Positions 28,448 through 36,709 of a DNA stretch of 64,000 bases are shown in pieces (position 1 is the first letter of the stretch; each line of letters starts with the position of its first letter). Origin of the DNA: Saprospira grandis str. Lewin (GTDB lineage: Bacteria > Bacteroidota > Bacteroidia > Chitinophagales > Saprospiraceae). The stretch spans positions 1,032,995 through 1,096,994 of the forward strand of contig NC_016940.1 in assembly GCF_000250635.1 (NCBI RefSeq), written 5' to 3'. The notes below the pieces were generated by a model that saw only the letters and a list, made by a program, of their open reading frames with translations, was not told the DNA's origin and made no database searches. The position numbers and the translations under genes are program-made.

Positions 28448-28598
28448 CAGGGGCGGGTTGGCCCAGCGCTGCGCAGCCGTGGCCCGAAGGGCCAGACCCA
28501 AGCCGCCAAAGGCGGCTGCAGGGCCGAGCAGAGCTGCGAGCGGCGCAGCATAGCGGCGGCCAGCTAGGCTTTGCCTAGCTGGCCGCGGGCCCCAAAAC
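28448..28598. repeat. GC-rich REP-like element
   Basis: Contains gggccgagcagagctgcgagcggcgcagcatagcggcggcc, ending ggccgcgggccccaaaa. Confidence 0.7.
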
Positions 28599-28610
28599 AT
28601 CAATAGAATA

Positions 28611-31556
28611 CTACTTTTTGGCTCGATAAATCAGCCAGCCGAAGACTAAAAAGAGGACAAAAAGGGCCGCCCAGATCAATGGACCATAATTCGTTTTTTG
28701 GGGTAACTCTAGCGCGCTACTATTTCCGCTTAGCCACCAAGCGGCCCAGAAAAAGGGCTGGGCGGCCACCTCCTTTTGGTCCACCAACTCTAGGTAGCGG
28801 ATTTGAGCGGCCTGCAAAGCCTTGTCCTTTCGTTGGCCGGCCTGTAGGTAGCCATAAAAGAGCTCCATCAAAAGGCGGCTACTCTCATCATTGACCTCCC
28901 AAAGAGTGCTCAGCGTACTAGCGGCGCCGGCATAGCGAAAGCCAAGGCCGAGACTTTGGGCCCCCTCTCCGGCCTGATAGCGACCGGCGGCAGTTTGGCA
29001 AGCAGAGAGCACCACCAAATCGGCGGATAAATGCAGGCCAGGCAGCTCATAAGCCAGCAACAAATCGTCTTGGAGGCTATCTTGAGTTTCGCTAAAAAAG
29101 AGGGCCGAATAACTAGGCGCCATAGGGTCGGTAATGGCATGCATGGCAAGATGGATAAACTGTGCTTTTGGAGCTAGTTGTCTAAACCGTTGTTCATTGG
29201 CTTGTTCTTGGCGCAAAAACTGTCCATTAAAATGGGTTTCTAGAAAATCGAGTTCGGCCATAGCGCCAGCGAGAGGCTGCAATTGTTTTCGGGCCTGTCC
29301 CCAGTCCAGCGCTTGTCGGTCTACAGCTTGCCCTTGGCCCTGATAGCTAGGCGCCATCGCCAAAAAGCCTTTTGCGGCTGTTTTGGGTTGGGGTTGCAGA
29401 TAAAAATTGGCGGCATACAAATAGCTAATCGCATAAGATCTCATCAGATAACCGAGGCGGCTAAAGGGTTGTTCTTCCGCTTTGGGCAGCAGGCAACTGA
29501 AGGCGAGTTGGGATAATTCGGCATGTGGAGAAATGAGCAAATCGTATTTTGGAGTTTGGGGAATCAGCTGTTGATAGAGCTGATGGGCAAGGCGAATAAA
29601 ATTGCTTTTGAAAGGCTTTAGGCTTTCTCTGGGGCGTTGGACGAGCTGTTTAAAATCTTGTAGCTGTTGACGAAGGTTTGTGGTTGGGCCAAGGATAGAG
29701 AGCTGAATTTTGTCCTCTTCTAGCAAAAAGCAGTAGCTATTTTTGGGGCCCATAAAATAAGTGATCAGGCTATACTTTTCTTTATTCAGCTTTTTCTTGA
29801 GTTTGTTTAGGTCGAGTTCTTCCAGCTCCTCTTGCCATTTTGTATAGCTAGGATACTTTTGGGCCAATTGGGTCAGGAGCTCGTCTAGTGCTTGGCGTTT
29901 TTGAAAAAGGACGGCCTGCATTTTTTGGGCCTTCAGGCTATCTGCCTTTCGTTGGGCTCGACTAAACTGGGCTTGATAATAACTAATATCTTGGCGCAGG
30001 CTACGTTCTTCGGCCAAGAGTTCGGCAGAGACATTGCCCAGCTGTTGAGCTTCCTTATTGCGCAAAGAGCTGAGGAGCCAGCTGCCTTTGGCCAGCTCAA
30101 TTTCGATAAAGGCCTGTTGGATATATATGGGATTCTGTTCTTCTTTTTCTAGGGCGATGGCTGTTTCGACAAAAGCCTCATAGACTTTTTCTGTTTGGGC
30201 TTTTAGTGCGGCTTTTCCACCTTTAGAGCCCAATTGTTTTTCTAATTCTTTGGCCAAAGAAATAGCCATTTGGCAGCTTTGGTACTGCTCTAGCAGAGGG
30301 GCGGCAATTATCTTTTGGGTTTGATAAATTCCCCATAAAATAGCGAGGCCTTCTTGGCCTTTAAGTTGAGCCAGGCCTTCTTTTTGGCCTAGGCCAGCGG
30401 TTTGGAAGCGGATCGCTTCCTCAAAATACTGCTTGGCCAATTCGGCGCTATTCAGGGCTAGGGCGGCTTGGCCGAGGGCGATATAGATTTCTTGATTTTT
30501 GGCCAGCTTTCTAAAGGTGGCCCCTTGTTTTTCGGCATAGGCCAAATCGGCGGCCAGACTTTCTATACCTTCAAGGTCTTTAGCTTTCTTGAGCTTATGA
30601 ATATATGCTTTGAGTAGGGGAAACTGAGCATGGCCTCCACGGCTCAGCAATTCAGGCAGAGAGATATTGCTGCTGCTCTCTTCATCTAAGAGAGCCAAAT
30701 AGGCGGTTGCTTCTAGGGCAAAAAAGCTATTTAGTTGGCCCAATTCTGCAAATAGCTGGCTAGCCTTTTTTAGGAGCGGCAAAGCCTGTTCATTTTGGCC
30801 CAGCTCATAATAGCAAATGCCCTTACTGGCCAAGTTTTTTGCTTGAATAGCAAGGGGTAAGGGTTCGTCATCTAAGGCGGCTAGGGCCTCTAGGGTGCGT
30901 TCAAAGTTTCCTTTCTTTCGATAGATTTGCGCCATAAGCGAGTAGGCGACAAATCGGGCCTCCTGCGATTGTAGTTTAGCCAACTTCTTGGCCCATTTTA
31001 GGGAAGTTTCGGCTTCATTGGCCAGGCCAAAATGGAAGTAAGCGCCTTCCTTATAGAGAGAAAACTTCAGCTTTTCCGAATAGCGATCTGCGTTTTTTTC
31101 TAGCCAGTTCAAGGCCTTTTCTAAGCGCTCTTTTTGCTCTAAAACAGGGCGACTTTCTAGATAACCTACATAATAATGGGCAAAATAGTAATAAGGTAAG
31201 CTAGCGGCAGCCTCTTGCTCGGCCCAGCGCTTTTGTTCTAAGACAAAAGCCTTTAGCTCAGCTTCATAGCGTTTTTTGCCCTTAATTTCTTTTCCCCCCA
31301 TACTTACATAAGCAAAAGCGAGATCGACCAAGGCCCAATCGGCGGCCTCTTGGAAGCTAGTATTTCGCCAAAAAGGGCGTATGGGAGCTGCTTGAGCAAA
31401 GCTCCTTTGATAATAACGCATCAGGACTGCCCGCTGCTCTTTGATTGTAGTCAGCTGGGCCAGACTATCTTGATAGCGCTCGGGCGCTAATTTGGGCTGA
31501 GCCAAAAGCGTGCAGCTAAAGAATAGGCAACAAAGGTTGTAGATATAATTTCGCAT
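28611..31556 (-). CDS. CHAT-domain (caspase-like) protein with N-terminal TPR repeats, secreted
   Basis: 981 aa with an N-terminal signal peptide and multiple TPR-like helical repeats. The C-terminal CHAT domain has the putative catalytic dyad in HLAMHAITD and LVVLSACQTAAG. Confidence 0.65.
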   Translation of the reverse strand: MRNYIYNLCCLFFSCTLLAQPKLAPERYQDSLAQLTTIKEQRAVLMRYYQRSFAQAAPIRPFWRNTSFQEAADWALVDLAFAYVSMGGKEIKGKKRYEAELKAFVLEQKRWAEQEAAASLPYYYFAHYYVGYLESRPVLEQKERLEKALNWLEKNADRYSEKLKFSLYKEGAYFHFGLANEAETSLKWAKKLAKLQSQEARFVAYSLMAQIYRKKGNFERTLEALAALDDEPLPLAIQAKNLASKGICYYELGQNEQALPLLKKASQLFAELGQLNSFFALEATAYLALLDEESSSNISLPELLSRGGHAQFPLLKAYIHKLKKAKDLEGIESLAADLAYAEKQGATFRKLAKNQEIYIALGQAALALNSAELAKQYFEEAIRFQTAGLGQKEGLAQLKGQEGLAILWGIYQTQKIIAAPLLEQYQSCQMAISLAKELEKQLGSKGGKAALKAQTEKVYEAFVETAIALEKEEQNPIYIQQAFIEIELAKGSWLLSSLRNKEAQQLGNVSAELLAEERSLRQDISYYQAQFSRAQRKADSLKAQKMQAVLFQKRQALDELLTQLAQKYPSYTKWQEELEELDLNKLKKKLNKEKYSLITYFMGPKNSYCFLLEEDKIQLSILGPTTNLRQQLQDFKQLVQRPRESLKPFKSNFIRLAHQLYQQLIPQTPKYDLLISPHAELSQLAFSCLLPKAEEQPFSRLGYLMRSYAISYLYAANFYLQPQPKTAAKGFLAMAPSYQGQGQAVDRQALDWGQARKQLQPLAGAMAELDFLETHFNGQFLRQEQANEQRFRQLAPKAQFIHLAMHAITDPMAPSYSALFFSETQDSLQDDLLLAYELPGLHLSADLVVLSACQTAAGRYQAGEGAQSLGLGFRYAGAASTLSTLWEVNDESSRLLMELFYGYLQAGQRKDKALQAAQIRYLELVDQKEVAAQPFFWAAWWLSGNSSALELPQKTNYGPLIWAALFVLFLVFGWLIYRAKK

Positions 31557-31803
31557 GAATTCTGGAAAGTTCGGTGAGTTGGGCCAATTACAAAGGTAGA
31601 CAATAGGCCTTAAAAAGCAGTTCCCTTAAGTTGAACAATTAGTACAACTATTATTTAACATAATTTTAAGCTAGTCTAAATAAACCACAAAGTGAGAAAT
31701 GCTACAAAAGTTACCAGCTTTTTGGACTACACTTGCAAAGCATAAGTTACCAATCAGGTAATATACGCCAAAAACATTGCGCACATTTAAAAACTTTTAT
31801 TCC

Positions 31804-32562
31804 ATGAAGAATTATTCCTTCTATCTCAGCATTTTTTTCCTTTTTTGTTTTTCCTTTTCTCAGAACCTGCAAGCTCAGGAGACCGATGAAATTAACAATT
31901 GGTTTTTTCTACACACGACAGCCAAGTTAAATAACAAATGGAAGTTGGGCAATGAGTTTCATATCCGTCGGGATGACTGGGTACAGAACTGGCGCAATTT
32001 GCTGGAGCGTCCCTATGTCACTTATTCTGTAAACAAGCATTTTTCTGCTACGGTAGGTTATACTTATATTGGTTCTTGGGCGCTACCGGGTAGCGACAAA
32101 GCCCCTCATAGCAATGAGCATAACATCTGGGAGCAAGTCAGTTTTCATCATAAGCTCAACAAGGCGATTAAGGTATCTCACAGGTACCGTTTTGAACATC
32201 GTTTTGTTGATCAGTGGGAGCACAACTTAGTTACAGATGAGTGGAGCAAAACAGATAATGTTTTCCGCAACCGCTTTCGCTATCGGATGACCATTAAATC
32301 TAAGCTGTTTAACTTTGGAGACAATCAGGACATCTACCTACATGTTTTTGATGAGATTTGGGTGAATCAGGCCGACAATCTCCGTTTTAAGGGATTGGGA
32401 CGCAACTGGTTGTATTTGGGCCTTGGGTACGATCTCAATCCGCAGCTTTGTTTTGAGCTTGCCTATATGCACCAACACGATACCTACAATACTACAGACT
32501 ACCTCAACACGCCTATTATGCAGTTGTCTATTGGCTATAAAGTGCCTGTAAAAAAGTCTTAA
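31804..32562 (+). CDS. secreted hypothetical protein, possible outer-membrane beta-barrel
   Basis: Signal peptide MKNYSFYLSIFFLFCFSFSQNLQAQ. Alternating aromatic/hydrophilic pattern; ends ...IGYKVPVKKS. Confidence 0.5.
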   Translation: MKNYSFYLSIFFLFCFSFSQNLQAQETDEINNWFFLHTTAKLNNKWKLGNEFHIRRDDWVQNWRNLLERPYVTYSVNKHFSATVGYTYIGSWALPGSDKAPHSNEHNIWEQVSFHHKLNKAIKVSHRYRFEHRFVDQWEHNLVTDEWSKTDNVFRNRFRYRMTIKSKLFNFGDNQDIYLHVFDEIWVNQADNLRFKGLGRNWLYLGLGYDLNPQLCFELAYMHQHDTYNTTDYLNTPIMQLSIGYKVPVKKS

Positions 32563-32614
32563 TGTTCTTTCTTGTTTTTGGCCTTATCCAAAGGGCCTTA
32601 TCCAAATAGCTAGA

Positions 32615-32652
32615 ATGCCCCTTTACGCTAAATCGTAGAGGGGCATTTTTTA
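32615..32652 (+). terminator. rho-independent terminator
   Basis: Stem atgcccct / aggggcat followed by tttttt. Confidence 0.5.
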
Positions 32653-32687
32653 TCTTATGCTGTTTAAAACGGAGAGGGGGCAATTGG

Positions 32688-32808
32688 CCTAGCGATGTGC
32701 AAGGGTGGCCGTCAGGCCAGACCGAGCCAGCGAAGCTGGCGAAGGGCCGAGCAGACCTGCGAGCCCTGGAACGTAGCGCCGCAGCTTTGCTGCGGAGGCC
32801 CCAAAACA
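32688..32808. repeat. GC-rich REP-like element
   Basis: Contains gggccgagcagacctgcgagccctgg, ending gcggaggccccaaaa. Confidence 0.75.
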
Positions 32809-32817
32809 GCAGGCTTC

Positions 32818-33372
32818 TTATCTACGTCGGCTAGGTCCTTTTGGGAGCATTTCCTCGGCTAATTGCAGGCCAATTTCTTCTACAAAGCAAGCCATTTCCT
32901 TTTGCTTATTATAGAGGCCCCAGAGGCTAGTATTTGGGCTTAGCGGGGCGCTTGTACTATTTTTTGGCCAGAAAAAGCGGCTTGTTTTTCCATTAGATAG
33001 TTGTAATTCTATTTCGTATTGTTTGGATAGGCTGCCCCAATTCCATTTTTCCTTTTGGCTGAGGAGCTGGGCGAGCATAAGTTCGCCATCGGCTAGGCAG
33101 CTACTACGATTTTGCAAAATCTTATTCCCCTGAAAAAGGAAATAGAAAGCGCCCAGCTCAAAAAGCAGCATAAAGGCAGTCATCAGGGCAAAAGAAGGCA
33201 ATGCCTGCAGGGCAAAGAGGAGGACAAAAAGCAGCAGGGGAAACAGCAAGAGGCTAATTCCGACAATATAGTAGCCTCTGAGTCCATGACTAAGTGGCAA
33301 CTGTTTTTTGATCCGTTCTAGATTGCGGCCACTTCCGGGGTCTAGGGCCAAAGTGGGAAAAGACTGACTCAT
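32818..33372 (-). CDS. hypothetical membrane protein
   Basis: Start placed at MSQSFPTL, 5 nt after the fbp stop. The longer ORF to 33528 would overlap fbp by 150 nt. Two TM helices. Confidence 0.4.
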   Translation of the reverse strand: MSQSFPTLALDPGSGRNLERIKKQLPLSHGLRGYYIVGISLLLFPLLLFVLLFALQALPSFALMTAFMLLFELGAFYFLFQGNKILQNRSSCLADGELMLAQLLSQKEKWNWGSLSKQYEIELQLSNGKTSRFFWPKNSTSAPLSPNTSLWGLYNKQKEMACFVEEIGLQLAEEMLPKGPSRRR

Positions 33373-33376
33373 AAAT

Positions 33377-34381
33377 TTAGAAATTGGGCAGCAGCTCCAT
33401 TTTTTCAGACAGGCGTTCCACCAAGCCTTTAGAGCCGATATAAACTGGCGTACGTTGGTGCAACTGCTGAATTTCCAGCTCCATAATTCTTTCTTGGCCA
33501 TTGGTAGCGGCTCCACCGGCCTGTTCAATCACAAAAGCCATGGGGTTGCACTCATAGAGCAGGCGCAATTTTCCGGAGCTAGAGCTAGGGCTACTTGGGT
33601 ACATAAAAATACCTCCTTTGATGAGGGTGCGGTGCACATCGGCCACCATAGAGCCCGTATAACGGAAGCGCATATCCTCTTCCACGCAATCATCGATAAA
33701 GCGGCGGACCCCTTCGGGGAAGGTTTTATAGCGGCTTTGATTGACTGAATAATTCTTGCTTTCGGGAATCTTGATATCGGGATGCGAGAGGCAAAACTCT
33801 CCGATAGAAGGATCGAGGGTAAAGCCGTTGACGCCTTGGCCCGTAGTATAAACGAGCATAGTAGAAGAGCCATAGAGCACATAACCTGCGGCCACTTGTT
33901 CGGCCCCATCTTGCAAGAAATCTTCTAAGGTACAGGGACCATCTAGAGAATTGCGGCGATAGATGGCAAAAATGGTCCCAATAGAAACATTTACATCAAT
34001 ATTAGAAGAGCCATCGAGGGGGTCAAAGGCCACCACATATTTGGCCTTTTTGCAGTTCTCAAAAGCCACAAAGCTCTCTTGCTCCTCGGAGGCGATGCCG
34101 CAGCATTCTCCGCTATTTTGCAGACAGGCCTGCAGAATTTCGTCGGCTAGAATATCTAATTTTTGGACCGTTTCTCCAGAGGCGTTTTCTACGCCCGCCA
34201 AGCCAATAATGTCGGCTAAGCCTGCCTTATTGACCTCTCGGCTAATAATTTTGCAAGCTAGGCAAATATCTCTTAACAGTCCAGAGAGTTCGCCTGTGGC
34301 ATAAGGAAGGTCTTGTTGCTTGCGGATGATAAACTCGTCTACAGTGATGAGCTGTTTCATAAAGTGAAATTGGATAGACAA
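33377..34381 (-). CDS. fbp: class 1 fructose-1,6-bisphosphatase
   Basis: [19 protein letters not shown] metal-binding motif, GSSTMLVY, 334 aa. Confidence 0.85.
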   Translation of the reverse strand: MSIQFHFMKQLITVDEFIIRKQQDLPYATGELSGLLRDICLACKIISREVNKAGLADIIGLAGVENASGETVQKLDILADEILQACLQNSGECCGIASEEQESFVAFENCKKAKYVVAFDPLDGSSNIDVNVSIGTIFAIYRRNSLDGPCTLEDFLQDGAEQVAAGYVLYGSSTMLVYTTGQGVNGFTLDPSIGEFCLSHPDIKIPESKNYSVNQSRYKTFPEGVRRFIDDCVEEDMRFRYTGSMVADVHRTLIKGGIFMYPSSPSSSSGKLRLLYECNPMAFVIEQAGGAATNGQERIMELEIQQLHQRTPVYIGSKGLVERLSEKMELLPNF

Positions 34382-34453
34382 AAAAATTAGGGGTACACCC
34401 GCAAATATAAGATGATTTTTAGGAATGCTTGAGGCCCCAAAGGATTTTATCGA

Positions 34454-35029
34454 CTAGTCCGCAGATTCTCCCCAACGATAGCTATCATTTAACTGAAAAC
34501 CGGCCAAATCTAGGGCCCGATCAACCACGGTGGCGGCTAGTTCCTCAAAGGTTTTGGGTTTGGAGTAAAAAGAGGGAACGGCTGGACAAATAATGGCGCC
34601 CGCCTCTGTCAATCGCTGCATATTTTGCAGATGAATGAGGCTAAGGGGCGTTTCTCGGCTGAGCAAAATTAGTTTGCGGCGCTCTTTGAGGATGACATCG
34701 GCGGCCCGGCTGCTGAGATCGTCGGAAATGCCCGCGGCAACCCGCCCCAAAAAGCCCATGGAGCAGGGACAAACAATCATGCTGTTATATTGGGCCGAGC
34801 CCGAAGCAAAAGGTGCCATAAAATCCCTTTTGTCGTAAAAATCAAAGGGGTAATTTTTATAGTCTTGGTTCTCTAGCTCCAGCTCCCAATTATACTTGGC
34901 GTTATCGCTCATGACCACCCCCACTTTTTCCCATTGGGCTTGCAAAAGCAGCAGACGATCAAATAATACTTTGGCGTAGATAGAGCCGCTGGCCCCAGCC
35001 ACCGCAATGACGAGTTTATGTTTTTGCAT
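34454..35029 (-). CDS. ubiX: UbiX-family flavin prenyltransferase
   Basis: KLVIAVAGASGSIYAKVLFDRL N-terminal flavoprotein fold; start at MQKHKL. Confidence 0.7.
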   Translation of the reverse strand: MQKHKLVIAVAGASGSIYAKVLFDRLLLLQAQWEKVGVVMSDNAKYNWELELENQDYKNYPFDFYDKRDFMAPFASGSAQYNSMIVCPCSMGFLGRVAAGISDDLSSRAADVILKERRKLILLSRETPLSLIHLQNMQRLTEAGAIICPAVPSFYSKPKTFEELAATVVDRALDLAGFQLNDSYRWGESAD

Positions 35030-35112
35030 AGCTTTTTTTAGGGAAACAAGTTTTTGTGGCGGGGGTTGAGGGAAAGGGATAAAAAAAGCCGCCAAATGGC
35101 GGCTTGGGGAGT

Positions 35113-36030
35113 CTAAAACTCAATATAATTCTGTGCATCAATCGGTTGCCCATTATACCAGAGCTCAAAGTGCAGATGCGGCCCAGAGCTCATCTCTCCA
35201 GAGTTGCCAATAATGGCCACGGCTTCTCCTGCCTTTACCCGATCTCCCGTTTTTTTGAGGCGGGCCGAATTGTGTTTGTACCAAGAAATCAGGTTGTTGC
35301 TATGCTGCACCCCAATCATATGACCCGTATCGGCAGACCAGCTCGACATGATGACCGTGCCCGCCCGAACAGCCTGTACTACCGAGCCTTTGGGCGCCAC
35401 CAAATCGGTCCCATAATGCGCCCGAGAGGGAGCAAAACTATCCGAAACAACGCCCTTGACAGGAGGAACAAAGCTTTCTTTATCTAGGCGGTCCTCATCT
35501 TCCAAAAAGATACTTTGGATCAAAGAACCTAGTTCTCGCTCCATTTCTGCACTTTCCACCACCGATTTGGTGGCATCAGATTGCTCGGGCACGCCTTGAA
35601 CCGAAGCTTTTTGGCCTGTTTCGGTGCTTCCGCCCGATTTAGGCTTTTCAACATCTTTTTCATACTCAAATTCCGCATTAGCCAGCTGCTTAATGCTTTC
35701 GGTCTGGGCCTGATTATTTTCCATATCCATTTTCAGGCTATCCATTTGCAACAACAACTGCTTGAGCTCCTTCCGAACTCCAGAGTCCGCTATATTATTA
35801 TTGCCCGAAGACATCAAATAATTGAGTGGAGAAAAACGAATCACCAAAACGGTCAGCAAAATAATCCCCAGCGTAATACTACTTGAAACCAGGGCCACAT
35901 TCAGAGGGCTCAAACGCCAACTTTTCTCCTCTACATAGGTCTGTTCATTGACCACCACCAGTTTATGATGTGCAGAGATCCAGGGAATTAGTGGTTTTTT
36001 CTTCTTTTTATGATTTGGCGTAGCGCTCAT
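35113..36030 (-). CDS. M23-family metallopeptidase (LytM-like) with an N-terminal TM/coiled-coil region
   Basis: C-terminal HYGTDLVAPKGSVVQAV...HMIGVQH...GNSGEMSSGPHLHFE M23 signature motifs. Confidence 0.7.
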   Translation of the reverse strand: MSATPNHKKKKKPLIPWISAHHKLVVVNEQTYVEEKSWRLSPLNVALVSSSITLGIILLTVLVIRFSPLNYLMSSGNNNIADSGVRKELKQLLLQMDSLKMDMENNQAQTESIKQLANAEFEYEKDVEKPKSGGSTETGQKASVQGVPEQSDATKSVVESAEMERELGSLIQSIFLEDEDRLDKESFVPPVKGVVSDSFAPSRAHYGTDLVAPKGSVVQAVRAGTVIMSSWSADTGHMIGVQHSNNLISWYKHNSARLKKTGDRVKAGEAVAIIGNSGEMSSGPHLHFELWYNGQPIDAQNYIEF

Positions 36031-36169
36031 AAAGCTCTTGATCTAGATTTTGGGATGCTTGGGGCCCTCTTTAAGGAAAGGGCTCAGAAATGGCGAAAAT
36101 ACGAACAAAGCCATTATTTTTGTAGGCCTTAGGGCTTTTTTCGGTTCAAGGGATGAATTCTTCTGTTTT

Positions 36170-36375
36170 TTTGGGGCCTCCTGCCTACGGCAGGCGCTAC
36201 GTTTCGGGGCTCGCAGGTCTGCTCGGCCCTGCGCGGGCTGCGCCCGCTGGCTCTGGCGCTTCGCGCCACCCCTCCACATCGCTAGGCCGATCAAAAACTC
36301 CCTTTGGTCCTTGAAAGGCAGCCTTTGGCTGCCCAAAAGCTCGCTTTGCTCGCCCTGCAAACTGCTTTTTTGCTC
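36170..36375. repeat. GC-rich REP-like element
   Basis: ggggcctcctgcctacggcaggcgctacgtttcggggctcgcaggtctgctcggccc. Confidence 0.75.
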
Positions 36376-36467
36376 CTAAACCAACAGAAAAAGCCTTTTT
36401 TTACGTTTCTAAATTAGGCCCCTTTTGTTTGGACCAAAAAAATAGGGCCAAACAGTCCTTGGCCACA

Positions 36468-36665
36468 ACAAGCCCTTTAGGGCGTCTTCGACGACCAAAG
36501 GGAGTAACCGATGGTAGGCAGTGCGGCACAGCCGCAGACCTAGGCGGCTTTGCCGCCGCAGGGCCGAGCAGAGCTGCGAGCTGCCGAACGACAACAAGCC
36601 CTTTAGAGTGCAGTTCGACGACCAAAGGGAGTAACCGCAGCAAGCGCAGCGCAGCTGAGGCCCAA
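36468..36665. repeat. REP-like element, sub-variant with a duplicated caagccctttag.gtcttcgacgaccaaagggagtaacc module
   Basis: The ~40-bp module is directly repeated at 36468..36510 and 36590..36640. A related copy occurs at 62290..62395. Confidence 0.7.
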
Positions 36666-36709
36666 AAAATAAATCATTCTACAGATAGCAATTCACTAGC
36701 AAATACCTT

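Noticed and set aside
32818-33528. Long form of the membrane-protein ORF overlapping fbp by 150 nt
   Set aside because: The overlap is with a confident fbp 3' end. The internal start MSQSF at 33372 removes it.
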